53,739 nucleotides of DNA, taken from IMG/VR virus record IMGVR_UViG_3300048896_000074, positions 1-53,739 of that record; one strand, given 5' to 3'. The stretch comes from a virus. Taxonomy: Duplodnaviria; Caudoviricetes. How positions within the stretch are numbered: the first letter of the stretch is position 1; every line of letters begins with the position of its first letter. The notes beneath the pieces were generated by a model, which saw nothing but the letters and a program-made list of their open reading frames with translations, made no database searches and was not told where the DNA came from. The position numbers and the translations under genes were made by a program. Below are positions 8,126-16,928 of this stretch, piece by piece.

Positions 8126-8797
8126 CTAGTTGACGGATTCGGGGAACTTCGTCTCGTCCGCCGTCGGCTCAGTCCAACCCGCTTTTTTCAGCTTGCGGGC
8201 TTTCTTCGCGATCACTTCCTCGGTGACTTCTTCCTCGGCCGGCGGATCCTCGGCGCGCATCCCCGGCTTCTTCGCCTCGCGGGCCTCGAGCACGGCGGCG
8301 GCCTTGGTCAGCGCCTCGCCGTTCGCCGCCTGGCCGCGGTGCCAGCCCGCCAGCCATGACTGATGCAGGATCGGCGCGGTCTCTTTCGGCGGGGTCGGAT
8401 CAGCCGCCCGGCGCCCGGCGCGGAAGCCGTTGGCCTCAGCGTCGATCTCGTCGTCGACCGTATCGCCCACATGCTTGAACAGGTCGATCTGCTCGCCGGA
8501 CTTGAGGCCGGCCAGGACGTGCATCCGGGTACGCATCGCCTCGGAGTGCAGATATTCCGCCTCCGTCATATTCAGCTTGGCGATGACGTCGGTCTCGAAA
8601 GCTTTGCGCGTGAAACCAAGGTCCGCGGCCATGCGCTTGAAATGTCCGTTCACGACTCCTCGCGCGCAGTCGAGGTCTACCTTGATCTTGGCGACCTCGC
8701 GCTGGGCCTCGATGATCTTGAGTTGATAGTAGACCGTCAGAGCGGCGGCCTCGTCGTCGCTGAGTGGTTCGCCGGAGTTGTGCCCTCTCGGAGCCAT
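8126..8797 (-). CDS. hypothetical protein (GHNS N-terminus, coiled coil, RMF-like C-terminal motif)
   Basis: RGHNSG start; G..AG...W.AGW..G motif; AAGGA upstream. Confidence 0.6.
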   Translation of the reverse strand: MAPRGHNSGEPLSDDEAAALTVYYQLKIIEAQREVAKIKVDLDCARGVVNGHFKRMAADLGFTRKAFETDVIAKLNMTEAEYLHSEAMRTRMHVLAGLKSGEQIDLFKHVGDTVDDEIDAEANGFRAGRRAADPTPPKETAPILHQSWLAGWHRGQAANGEALTKAAAVLEAREAKKPGMRAEDPPAEEEVTEEVIAKKARKLKKAGWTEPTADETKFPESVN

Positions 8798-8835
8798 CGG
8801 TTCGTCCTTCGCCGCTCAAGGGCGCGGCCTGCCCG

Positions 8836-9078
8836 TCAAAGTCCCTGTTCGCGCTCGATCCGCTGCAGCATGAGCATGAGGTCGTTGCGCTTGCGCGAGA
8901 TGCCGCGCCACTGGTCGAAGTTCGTCTCGGTCGCGATCTGCTCGTCGAGCTCGGCGATGGCGGCGTAGAGTTCCGCCTTCTGCCGGTCGCGCGGGTCGCG
9001 GCGGGCGGTGAGCCAAATGGCGAGAGCGGCGCCAGCACCGCCAAGCGTGATCCCTGTGGCGACTTCGAGCCAGTTCAC
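8836..9078 (-). CDS. hypothetical membrane-anchored protein
   Basis: GTG start overlapping the upstream stop; N-terminal hydrophobic segment followed by a coiled coil. Confidence 0.55.
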   Translation of the reverse strand: MNWLEVATGITLGGAGAALAIWLTARRDPRDRQKAELYAAIAELDEQIATETNFDQWRGISRKRNDLMLMLQRIEREQGL

Positions 9079-10040
9079 GCGGCCTCCTCGATCGGCAACC
9101 ACGTCCGCCCGATCCACTCGGCCAGCGTGAAGGGTATCTTGGCGATCTTGGCGGAAGCGGCCTTGCGGCGCGGTGAGGCGCTTGGCAGGGAGCAATGGTT
9201 CTGGTCGAACCATGCCGCGCCCGCGCCCGCGCCCGCGCCCTTGCGCCCTTCGGCCGGATTTGTGAGGCGCGCGTTCGACCGCGCGCCATCTCGAATGTGG
9301 GCGCCGCCGGGGCCCTTCAGGCCGTCAGTGTCGTACCGCCGCCCTTTCTGCCCGCCCTGCCTGGTCGGCGTGGTCGGATCGCGGAACCAGTCGCCGTGAT
9401 GCTTGCGGCCTTCGTGCGCCTCAACGCTCGCCGTCTGGAAACTCCCGCCTGAGCCGTCGAAGCGAAAGCCGGGGACTTTCGCGGCGCTCACAGCGCGCGG
9501 CATCAGCGCTGGCAGATCGCCCCACAGGTAGTAGCTGCCGAAGTTCCAGCGCGCCCGTCCGACCCAAGGCTGGGCGCCGCGGACGTTCTCAACCACCAGC
9601 GGGATATGCCGCCCTGCCGCCTCGCTCGCCTCGCGCTGGATGCGGAACTGAGCGTGAAATAGCGCCATGCCGAGTTCGGGAGGCCCGAGCGCCTTGGCCC
9701 GCTTCCACGGCATGGCGCGGTAGCTGAACTCCTGGCAGGGCGAGGAGCCGACGATCAGGTCCGCGTCTTTGAACTGCGACCCATGCAGGGTCGGCACGTC
9801 CTGAAGCCATAGCGAGAAGTGCTCAGGCGGCAGAGGCTCGCCGAGCTTGCGAGACATATCCTCTATGTCCACGCCCAGGACGTGGAACCCAGCCGCGATC
9901 AGGCCTTCGGCCCAGCCGTGCAAGCCGGTGTAAAGGTCGATGGCTAAAGGTCGCGCCGAGCCCGCCGACGTCAGAGACGCGGGAGGCTCGGCGCCCGCGA
10001 GCGGGCCTGGGAGGCGTAGTGCTCGCGGTGGGGATGTCAT
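9075..10040 (-). CDS. DNA cytosine-C5 methyltransferase-like protein
   Basis: AIDLYTGLHGW (motif I variant), GVDIE, GSSPCQEFS (motif IV), VVENVRG (motif VI), C-terminal AKIPF.LA..I. Confidence 0.78.
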   Translation of the reverse strand: MTSPPRALRLPGPLAGAEPPASLTSAGSARPLAIDLYTGLHGWAEGLIAAGFHVLGVDIEDMSRKLGEPLPPEHFSLWLQDVPTLHGSQFKDADLIVGSSPCQEFSYRAMPWKRAKALGPPELGMALFHAQFRIQREASEAAGRHIPLVVENVRGAQPWVGRARWNFGSYYLWGDLPALMPRAVSAAKVPGFRFDGSGGSFQTASVEAHEGRKHHGDWFRDPTTPTRQGGQKGRRYDTDGLKGPGGAHIRDGARSNARLTNPAEGRKGAGAGAGAAWFDQNHCSLPSASPRRKAASAKIAKIPFTLAEWIGRTWLPIEEAA

Positions 10041-10246
10041 GCCAGCCGCCAGATGCGCGGGCCGTCCTCGGCCTCTGCGAACTTGAACTCTCGGTCGGGG
10101 AAGACCGCTTTGATGCGGCTGGCGGTTACGCGGAGAACGCGGATCGAGTGACTCGGCGCGCAGAGCGATTGACCTGGCTGCAGGCCCTCGATCAGCTTGC
10201 GGAGGCTCGGCGCCGGCGGCGGCATCGTGTCGATCTTTGTGTCCAT
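10037..10246 (-). CDS. small putative DNA-binding protein, first gene of the leftward operon
   Basis: L.PGQS...RIWRLA pattern of small phage DNA-binding proteins; directly follows a promoter. Confidence 0.55.
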   Translation of the reverse strand: MDTKIDTMPPPAPSLRKLIEGLQPGQSLCAPSHSIRVLRVTASRIKAVFPDREFKFAEAEDGPRIWRLA

Positions 10247-10330
10247 GCGCGAACCTAGGCTTCGCTCCCATCTGTTGTCAACTTGATAAATCCGGTTGAC
10301 TTATGTTCCGGGTCGGGTTGATAGTCAGGG
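10247..10330. promoter_or_regulatory. divergent back-to-back sigma70-type promoters
   Basis: Minus: TTGACA (10281-10276), 18 nt, TAGGTT, 5 nt, ATG; plus: TTGACT (10296-10301), about 18 nt, GATAGT; inverted repeat GTCAAC-N12-GTTGAC; marks the strand switch. Confidence 0.7.
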
Positions 10331-10352
10331 CCAGATTGAAACCGAGGACGCC

Positions 10353-10658
10353 GTGACCAAGCCAATCACACAGCATCTGATCCAGAAGGCGCAGGGACCG
10401 TTCGCATCGGTCTACGCTTGCCCCTTTTGCCGCTACATGGAGCGCGCGCCTAAGCACCCTCCTGGGCGCGCGCCTAGCGGCTACGGCTGGCGAGTGACAT
10501 CGATTCTCACGGGCGCGCTGGTCCGTCACATGAAAGAAGCGCACCCCATCGAGGTAACGCGCAGCCTTGAAATCATGCGCGAGACCTACAAAGCCGGCTG
10601 GCGGCCCGACGTAGCGAAAAACGCGGTCGCGCAGGCGAAGCGGGAGATGGCGGCATGA
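10353..10658 (+). CDS. hypothetical zinc-finger protein (CxxC...HxxxxH)
   Basis: YACPFC...LVRHMKEAH; GAGGA before the GTG. Confidence 0.6.
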   Translation: MTKPITQHLIQKAQGPFASVYACPFCRYMERAPKHPPGRAPSGYGWRVTSILTGALVRHMKEAHPIEVTRSLEIMRETYKAGWRPDVAKNAVAQAKREMAA

Positions 10659-10783
10659 CCGACCGCCAGACCCGCTACGCCGAAGCCGTCCGCGCCGCCC
10701 TCAAGGCTGGCGCTCGCGGCGACGAGGCCGAGTGGCACCGCCTCGCGGCTATTGCGAAGGCAATCAAAGAAGGTCGCCAATGA
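10655..10783 (+). CDS. small hypothetical protein (42 aa, absent from the ORF track)
   Basis: MTDRQTRYAEAVRAALKAG...; ATGA overlaps at both ends. Confidence 0.6.
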   Translation: MTDRQTRYAEAVRAALKAGARGDEAEWHRLAAIAKAIKEGRQ

Positions 10784-11049
10784 CCCGCCCCTATGTCCCC
10801 GCCGACGTCCGAGAGGCGAACCTCGCCGGCCTCGCGCGCTTCGTTGCCGCGGTGAAGGTCGACGCGCGCCTCAAGGGCCCGAACGCCGCCCGCGAATACA
10901 TCATGGCGCAGGCGAAGTTCCTGAACGACCAGATGGCCGAGCTCGGCGGGCGCAATACGCCGCCGCGACTGCGCGGGCTGACGGCCTTCGACCTTGCCAA
11001 CGCGCGGGACGAACTAGTCACGGCGGCGCCGAAGCAGAGGCGGGCGTGA
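10780..11049 (+). CDS. hypothetical protein
   Basis: ATGA-coupled ORF MTRPYVPADV... Confidence 0.6.
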   Translation: MTRPYVPADVREANLAGLARFVAAVKVDARLKGPNAAREYIMAQAKFLNDQMAELGGRNTPPRLRGLTAFDLANARDELVTAAPKQRRA

Positions 11050-11681
11050 TGGGCCTGCGAACCTTCTTCTTCGGCGAGACGCCTTGCGCTGTCGCGGCCC
11101 TGCTCAAATTCGACCCCGACGGCTGGGGATATGTTCGCACGTTGGCCACCCAGCCCTTCGAGATACGGCACTCATCCGGCCTGACCGTCTGGGTTTCGAA
11201 CGGCTCCTACGGCGTCCACGTGACCGCGCCACGTTCGGCAAAGTGGGGAGATGTGACCTTCCTTAGCTCGTTCGGTCTCTCTCCCGGCCATTTGCTGATC
11301 TGGAACGCCTATCGCCGCTGGCGACGGACGCATCCGTGGGAGGATCCGAACATGCCTGGCTCTATCGAAGGTCGAACGATGATAAGGTCGTGGCTGATCC
11401 GAGCGCTCGGTGGCGTCCCGCTATCCGAGCACCGAAAAGCGGACGCGGGCTGGCGCAAGATGGTCATGTCGCTGGCCGAGCGGCTGGAATCGGCGGGCCT
11501 CCTCACCATCATCCGCGACGACTACACCGAACTGCGCGACTGCGACGTAGATGGGCAGTTGATGATCGTCGGCGCCTACGTGTCGATTGACCGCTGCCGC
11601 CTCTCGCGCATGCCGCTGCTGATCCTGGGCGCTTCGGCTCGGATATCGAATTGCTCGTTCGAGGAAGGCATTACGCTATGA
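11049..11681 (+). CDS. hypothetical protein (possibly two fused small genes)
   Basis: TGATG coupling; internal MIRSWLIRALGG looks like a second start. Confidence 0.5.
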   Translation: MGLRTFFFGETPCAVAALLKFDPDGWGYVRTLATQPFEIRHSSGLTVWVSNGSYGVHVTAPRSAKWGDVTFLSSFGLSPGHLLIWNAYRRWRRTHPWEDPNMPGSIEGRTMIRSWLIRALGGVPLSEHRKADAGWRKMVMSLAERLESAGLLTIIRDDYTELRDCDVDGQLMIVGAYVSIDRCRLSRMPLLILGASARISNCSFEEGITL

Positions 11682-11965
11682 CCGCCGCCGACATCGTCCG
11701 CGCTCAACTCCGCGCCTCCCTGGCCGCGCTGGAGCCTAGCGTCTCTCTGGTTGAACTCGCCGCCCTGGCCGAACGGCTGGGCGAGGAGGCCGACCTCGCA
11801 GGCGAGGAAGCCGCCGCCGCAGAGGCCGCGCGGAAGTTCGGAGCCGCGTGGAAGGCGCTAGGCCGCGCCAATGGCCTGCGGGCCGCGGCGGGCGCCGTGA
11901 TCGCCCTGGCGATGTCCGCGATCTCGCCAGAACCCAAACTCGGCGACCCTGGAGGATTCCGATGA
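11678..11965 (+). CDS. hypothetical Ala-rich protein
   Basis: ATGA coupling on both sides. Confidence 0.55.
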   Translation: MTAADIVRAQLRASLAALEPSVSLVELAALAERLGEEADLAGEEAAAAEAARKFGAAWKALGRANGLRAAAGAVIALAMSAISPEPKLGDPGGFR

Positions 11966-12180
11966 CACCCGCCCTACACATAGTCGAACCCGATCCGCCT
12001 TCGAACAAGGTAGCCGCTCTGCCCGACGCCGCCCTGCCGCTTGTCGCCGCGATCGCCGCGGACCTCGCGCGGATCCGTGCGCTGGAACAGTGGCCGACCG
12101 AGCTTACCGTCCAGCGCGTCCGCGACCTGATCCCGGCGCATCTCAAGCGGATGACCGAGTTGCAGCAGGTGCTTCGATGA
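11962..12180 (+). CDS. hypothetical protein
   Basis: GGAGGA RBS; ATGA coupling. Confidence 0.6.
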   Translation: MTPALHIVEPDPPSNKVAALPDAALPLVAAIAADLARIRALEQWPTELTVQRVRDLIPAHLKRMTELQQVLR

Positions 12181-12251
12181 TCCGCGCGCACTTCTACGCC
12201 GTGCTGGTCGTCGGGGCGCTGGCGGTGATCATGGTGGGGATGGGTATATGA
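12177..12251 (+). CDS. 24-aa hydrophobic peptide
   Basis: MIRAHFYAVLVVGALAVIMVGMGI; ATGA overlaps at both ends and fills the gap exactly. Confidence 0.55.
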   Translation: MIRAHFYAVLVVGALAVIMVGMGI

Positions 12252-13174
12252 GAGCCTCGATTTGGGAAGGTGGCGTCGACGGCCCAGGATTATACCTCGG
12301 CGTTCCGGCCGCGATCTATCACGCCGATCCGTGCCCGGATCCGTCCCTATCGTCGAGCATCGCGCGGGTCGTCATCAACCGCTCGCTCGCAAAGGCGAAG
12401 GCGATGCACCCGCGCCTCGCCGAACCCCTAGGCGAAGACGACGAGGAAGCCGAGACGCGCCAACCAACGCGTGCGATGGATATCGGATCGGCCGCGCACT
12501 CGCTCGCCTTTGGCTTCGGCTCCGAGGTCGTCCCGCTGCCCTACGCGAACTGGCGCACGAAGCAGGCTAAGGCCGATCGCCAGACCGTGCGTGATGGTGG
12601 CGAGATCCCGCTCAAGGTCGAGGATTACAAGATCGCTAAGGCGATGGCCGACCGCGCCCGCCCGGTGATTAGCGATCTTCTGGGCGGCTCGCTGGTCGCC
12701 GAGGCGATGGTATGCTGGCAGGAGCGCGGCTTCTGGCGCCGCGGCTTGATCGACCGGATGAGCGCCGACGCTCGGGTCATAATTGACTTGAAGACTACCG
12801 GACTCGTCGCCTCGCCGGTCGAGGCATCGCGCGCCGTCTACGCGTCGGGCCACCATTTTCAGGAGGCGTTCTACCGTCGCGGACTCGACGCCATCGACCC
12901 GGAAGGACGCGGCCGGCGGCGGTTCTGCTTCCTCTATCAGGAGCAGGAGCCGCCATTCGAGCTCGCGCTGGTGGAGATCGACGAAGCCGGTCGCAGCCTC
13001 GGCGACGAGCAGATAGAGGCGGCCTGCAACCTTTGGGACCGCGCGCTCGCGACCGACCACTGGCCGGGCTATCCCTTCGGCCCGCATATCGCCTCGCCGC
13101 CGCCCTGGATGCTGACAAGCTGGGCGCTCCGCGCGGAGACCGACGAGACCCTTAACGCACCGGAGTTCGCATGA
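12248..13174 (+). CDS. RecE/exonuclease VIII-like PD-(D/E)XK nuclease (DUF3799-like)
   Basis: YHADP...SLSSS, GSAAH, RGLIDR, IIDLKTT, Q.AFY..G, F.F..QE.EPPF. Confidence 0.85.
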   Translation: MRASIWEGGVDGPGLYLGVPAAIYHADPCPDPSLSSSIARVVINRSLAKAKAMHPRLAEPLGEDDEEAETRQPTRAMDIGSAAHSLAFGFGSEVVPLPYANWRTKQAKADRQTVRDGGEIPLKVEDYKIAKAMADRARPVISDLLGGSLVAEAMVCWQERGFWRRGLIDRMSADARVIIDLKTTGLVASPVEASRAVYASGHHFQEAFYRRGLDAIDPEGRGRRRFCFLYQEQEPPFELALVEIDEAGRSLGDEQIEAACNLWDRALATDHWPGYPFGPHIASPPPWMLTSWALRAETDETLNAPEFA

Positions 13175-14325
13175 ACGCGCCCGCCCGCACTTTCACCGCC
13201 TCGCTTGCCGTCCGTGAGCACGTCCCGCTCCTGCTCGGCCTGATGGGTCCATCAGGCGGCGGGAAGACCTACAGCGCCCTGCGCCTCGCGACGGGGATCC
13301 AGAGCGTGGTAGGCGGCGACATCTACGGTATCGACACCGAAGCGAACCGAATGAAGCACTACGCGGACCTGTTCAAGTTCAAGCACGTCCCGTTCTCGGC
13401 GCCATTCGGCTCGCTTGACTACCTAGCCGCGCTCCAGTTCTGCGTCTCGCAAGGCGCGAAGGTGATCATCGTCGACTCTATGTCGCACGAGCACGAGGGT
13501 CCTGGCGGGTTGATCGATCTGCAGGATCAGGAAATGCACCGGCTGGCCGGCGACGACTACGGCACGTTCCGCGCCGAGCGGTTCAACATGCTGGCGTGGC
13601 AGAAGCCGAAGGCCGCTCGGCGCCGACTGATCAACGGCCTCCTGCAACTAAACGCGAACTTCATCTTCTGCTTCCGCGCCAAGGAAACGAGCAAGCCGAA
13701 GAAGGTCGCGCAGGACAACGGCCGCACGAAGATCGAGATCGTTCCGATGGGCTTCATGCCGATCGCCGGCGACGAGTTCGTCTTCGAAATGACGATGAAC
13801 GCGCTCCTCTTGCCCCACGCCGATGGCGTCCCGTCCTGGCAATCCGACAACGTCGGCGAGCGGATGATGATGAAACTGCCAGAGCAGTTCCGGCGGCTCA
13901 TGGAGAAGCCGCGGCCGCTCGACGAGAAGATGGGCGCCGATCTTGCGACCTGGGCGCGCGGCGCGCTGCCTGCGGAGCGCACTATGGCCGGAACCTACCA
14001 GGGGACTGTCGAGGGCGCCGACCTGCCCGCCAACAATCCGCACGGCATCGAACAGCCTTCATCCGCCGCCAGGGAGCCGGAGGACGCTAACAACGCCTCC
14101 GGTGGCGGCGACCTGCTCGATCCGGTCGAGGAATGGGACGGCCTCGCCTGGGCCGCCAAGCGAAACGCCGAGGTCGCCCGGTTCGAAGCGAATGACGCGC
14201 TCGAAGCGTGGTGGAAGGATCTGATCGTCACCGCCGATTACAAGCGGCTCAAGGCCGAGAGCCCGGGCGTGGCGAAGGCGCTTAAGGATGCGGTGGTCGA
14301 GCGGTCGAAGGCGCTGGCGGGATGA
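13171..14325 (+). CDS. Sak4-like AAA ATPase / single-strand annealing recombinase
   Basis: GPSGGGKTYSALRLA.G, IDTE, IIVDSMSHEHEG.GG; paired with the RecE-like nuclease. Confidence 0.82.
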   Translation: MNAPARTFTASLAVREHVPLLLGLMGPSGGGKTYSALRLATGIQSVVGGDIYGIDTEANRMKHYADLFKFKHVPFSAPFGSLDYLAALQFCVSQGAKVIIVDSMSHEHEGPGGLIDLQDQEMHRLAGDDYGTFRAERFNMLAWQKPKAARRRLINGLLQLNANFIFCFRAKETSKPKKVAQDNGRTKIEIVPMGFMPIAGDEFVFEMTMNALLLPHADGVPSWQSDNVGERMMMKLPEQFRRLMEKPRPLDEKMGADLATWARGALPAERTMAGTYQGTVEGADLPANNPHGIEQPSSAAREPEDANNASGGGDLLDPVEEWDGLAWAAKRNAEVARFEANDALEAWWKDLIVTADYKRLKAESPGVAKALKDAVVERSKALAG

Positions 14326-15998
14326 TCCAGCCGATCCCGGCGGCAGCACTCGCTCATCATATCGCCATCCTGGGAAAGACTGGAAGCGGTAAGAGCAACG
14401 CTGCGAAGACGCTAGTTGAGGGCGCCCTCGACCGCGGCGAGCGCGTCTGCGTCCTCGACCCTACCGGAGCTTGGTACGGCCTGCGCCTGACAGCGGCCGG
14501 GAAGCCATCACCATATCCGGTCGTGATCTTCGGCGGCCAGCACGCGGATCTCCAGATCGCCGGCGCCCACGGCGCCGCCATCGCCGAGACCATCGGGACA
14601 ACCTCAACGCCGGCGGTGATCGACACGCGGCTAATGACGGTCGGCGACCGCACGCGGTTCTTCACCGACTTCGCCGAGACCTTGCTGCGGAAGAACAGCG
14701 GGCCGCTGACCCTGGTCATCGACGAGGCCCATCTGTTCGCGCCGCAAGGCCGTGTCGCCGACCCTCAGTCCGGCAAGATGCTTCACGCCGCGAACAACTT
14801 GGTGAGCCTGGGCCGCAGCATCGGCCTGCGCGTCGTCATGCTGAGCCAACGGCCGGCGAAACTGCATAAGGACTCGCTGACCCAGGTCGAGACGCTGGTC
14901 GCCATGCGGCTGATCGCGCCGCAGGACCGGGCGGCGATCGACGCCTGGATCGGCGAGTGGGCGGACCAGGCGCATGGCCGGGAGATCATCGCCTCGTTGC
15001 CATCGCTCCCCACCGGCGACGCCTGGATATGGTCGCCCGAGATCGGCGTCCTGAAGCGCGACCACTTCCCACTCGCCAAGACCTTCGACAGCGGGAGGGC
15101 CCCGACCGAGGCTGGCGCAGGTCCCGCTCTGCGGCCGCTCGATCTGAAGGCGGTGACGGCGCGTCTGGAAACGGTCGCCGCCGATGTCCTCGCCAACGAC
15201 CCGCGCGCCCTGAAAGCCGAGATCGCGAAGCTGCGGGCCGAACTGGCGAAGAAGCCGGCGCCGGTGGTGAGCGCGCCCGATCCCGCGGTGATGAAGGCGG
15301 CCGAGGATGCAGCGTTCCTCCGGGGCGTCACCGAAGGCGAGAAGCGCGGCCAGGCCATCATGCTCACCCGCGTCAGGAGCGCACTGGAGGCCATTCGCGT
15401 CGAACTGGCGCAGGATAGCGGGCCGCCCGTCCGCGCGCCTGTGCCCCCTGCGCAGCCTCGGGCGCGGCGGGAAATCGCGCCGACGGTCGCTGCGAAGGCG
15501 AACGGGCATGCAGAACCGGACTGGACCGTTCCCCCAGGCTGCACAAAGCCTCTCGCCTCGCTGGCCGGCGTCTATCCCGCCGGAATGACCGAAGCTCAAT
15601 GGTCGACGGCCGCTGGCTACAAGCGCAGCGGCGGGACCTGGGGGACCTACAAGAGCCGCCTGCGCGGCGCCGGGTTGATCGAGCAGCGCGAGGGCCGATG
15701 GTTCGCGACCGAGGCTGGCGCAGGCGCGGCCGGCGATGTCGAACTGCCGCCGCCGCCTGGCCCCGATCTGGTTAGGTGGTGGGCCGCGCGCCTTCCGGGC
15801 ACGCCGAAGATCGCGGAAGCCCTGATCGAGGCGTGGCCCCGCGACATGGACCGCGACGAGCTCGCCCTAGCCGTGAACATGAGCGCGGCCGGCGGCTCCT
15901 TCGGAACCTACCTCAGCCGACTCGCCAGTCCCGGCCTGATCGAACGCGACGGCGGCGTCATCCGGCTCAGCGCCGAAGCAATGGGAGATGAGCCATGA
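14322..15998 (+). CDS. HerA/FtsK-like ATPase (DUF87) with two C-terminal winged-helix repeats
   Basis: HIAILGKTGSGKS, LDPTGAW, LVIDEAH.FAPQ, GR..GL, SQRPA; repeats GGTWGTYKSRL..AGLIE and GGSFGTYLSRL..PGLIE. Confidence 0.8.
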   Translation: MIQPIPAAALAHHIAILGKTGSGKSNAAKTLVEGALDRGERVCVLDPTGAWYGLRLTAAGKPSPYPVVIFGGQHADLQIAGAHGAAIAETIGTTSTPAVIDTRLMTVGDRTRFFTDFAETLLRKNSGPLTLVIDEAHLFAPQGRVADPQSGKMLHAANNLVSLGRSIGLRVVMLSQRPAKLHKDSLTQVETLVAMRLIAPQDRAAIDAWIGEWADQAHGREIIASLPSLPTGDAWIWSPEIGVLKRDHFPLAKTFDSGRAPTEAGAGPALRPLDLKAVTARLETVAADVLANDPRALKAEIAKLRAELAKKPAPVVSAPDPAVMKAAEDAAFLRGVTEGEKRGQAIMLTRVRSALEAIRVELAQDSGPPVRAPVPPAQPRARREIAPTVAAKANGHAEPDWTVPPGCTKPLASLAGVYPAGMTEAQWSTAAGYKRSGGTWGTYKSRLRGAGLIEQREGRWFATEAGAGAAGDVELPPPPGPDLVRWWAARLPGTPKIAEALIEAWPRDMDRDELALAVNMSAAGGSFGTYLSRLASPGLIERDGGVIRLSAEAMGDEP

Positions 15999-16060
15999 CC
16001 CCCCGCTCAATCCTAACCGCTGCTGCTGACAGGCTGGAGAAACCCGGAGCGTGGACGTGA
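15995..16060 (+). pseudogene. truncated gene remnant (21 aa)
   Basis: MTPRSILTAAADRLEKPGAWT* resembles the start of common phage proteins that continue WTQG; stops where the next GTG begins. Confidence 0.35.
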
Positions 16061-16260
16061 GTCGCATATCTCGCCTTTCCCGATGCCCGCAACGCTGCGG
16101 CGGGGGCCTTCAGCAAGACCGCGCGCCGGTGGATGGACGCCCGCGCTTCACATGCACCAAGTGCGGGCATCGGTTCACTAGCGGCAAGGACGGCGAGCCG
16201 TATGCCAGCGCCGTTCCCTTCCCCGCCCTCCGTCAAGCCGCCAAGGGAGCGGGGGAATGA
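16057..16260 (+). CDS. small zinc-ribbon protein
   Basis: CPQRCGG...FTCTKCGHRF; GTGA coupling. Confidence 0.55.
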   Translation: MSRISRLSRCPQRCGGGLQQDRAPVDGRPRFTCTKCGHRFTSGKDGEPYASAVPFPALRQAAKGAGE

Positions 16261-16297
16261 GCGCCCCCATCCCAGCCATTCTCCGAGAGGGTGAGAG

Positions 16298-16855
16298 ATG
16301 AGCGAGAAGATGCGCTTTGCCTTCGCCGATCCGCCTTATCTGGGCTGCGGGATCAAGCACTATTCCGACCACCCCGATGCGGCGGACTGCGACACGCCCG
16401 AGTGGCACGCAGCCCTGATCGCTCGCTTGGTCACGGACTATCCTGATGGCTGGGCACTCTGCCTCAGTTCGCCGAGCCTGCGGACCATCCTGCCTATGTG
16501 CCCGCCTAACGTGCGCGTCGGGAGCTGGCGCAAGCCTTTCGCCTCCTTCAAGCCGAACGTGAACCCGGCCTATGCGTGGGAGCCGGTGATCTGGCTAGGC
16601 GGTCGCAAGCGCCCCCGCACGATGCCCACGGCCCGCGATTGGGAAGTGACAGCCGATGATCTGGCCGAGAGCATCACGCTCCGCAGAGGGTTGACCGGGG
16701 CCAAACCGCGCGCCTTCTGCATGTGGATCATGGACCTTCTGAACGTCCAGCTGGGCGATACGGTCGATGACCTGTTCCCCGGCTCCGGGGCTGTGGGGGC
16801 GGCGATTGCCGAGCGTCTTCGTGCCGAGACGCCGCCGCTGGAGTTGATCGGTTGA
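16298..16855 (+). CDS. small amino-(N6A/N4C) DNA methyltransferase-like protein
   Basis: FADPPY at the N-terminus, WEPVI, GAKP..F, DDLFPGSG near the C-terminus (beta-type motif order). Confidence 0.75.
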   Translation: MSEKMRFAFADPPYLGCGIKHYSDHPDAADCDTPEWHAALIARLVTDYPDGWALCLSSPSLRTILPMCPPNVRVGSWRKPFASFKPNVNPAYAWEPVIWLGGRKRPRTMPTARDWEVTADDLAESITLRRGLTGAKPRAFCMWIMDLLNVQLGDTVDDLFPGSGAVGAAIAERLRAETPPLELIG

Positions 16856-16928
16856 GCGCCCAAGCCCGCATCCTCTCCATCCTCCGCGACGGTGAGCAGA
16901 CCTACGCACAGATACGGGGAGTTCCGTA

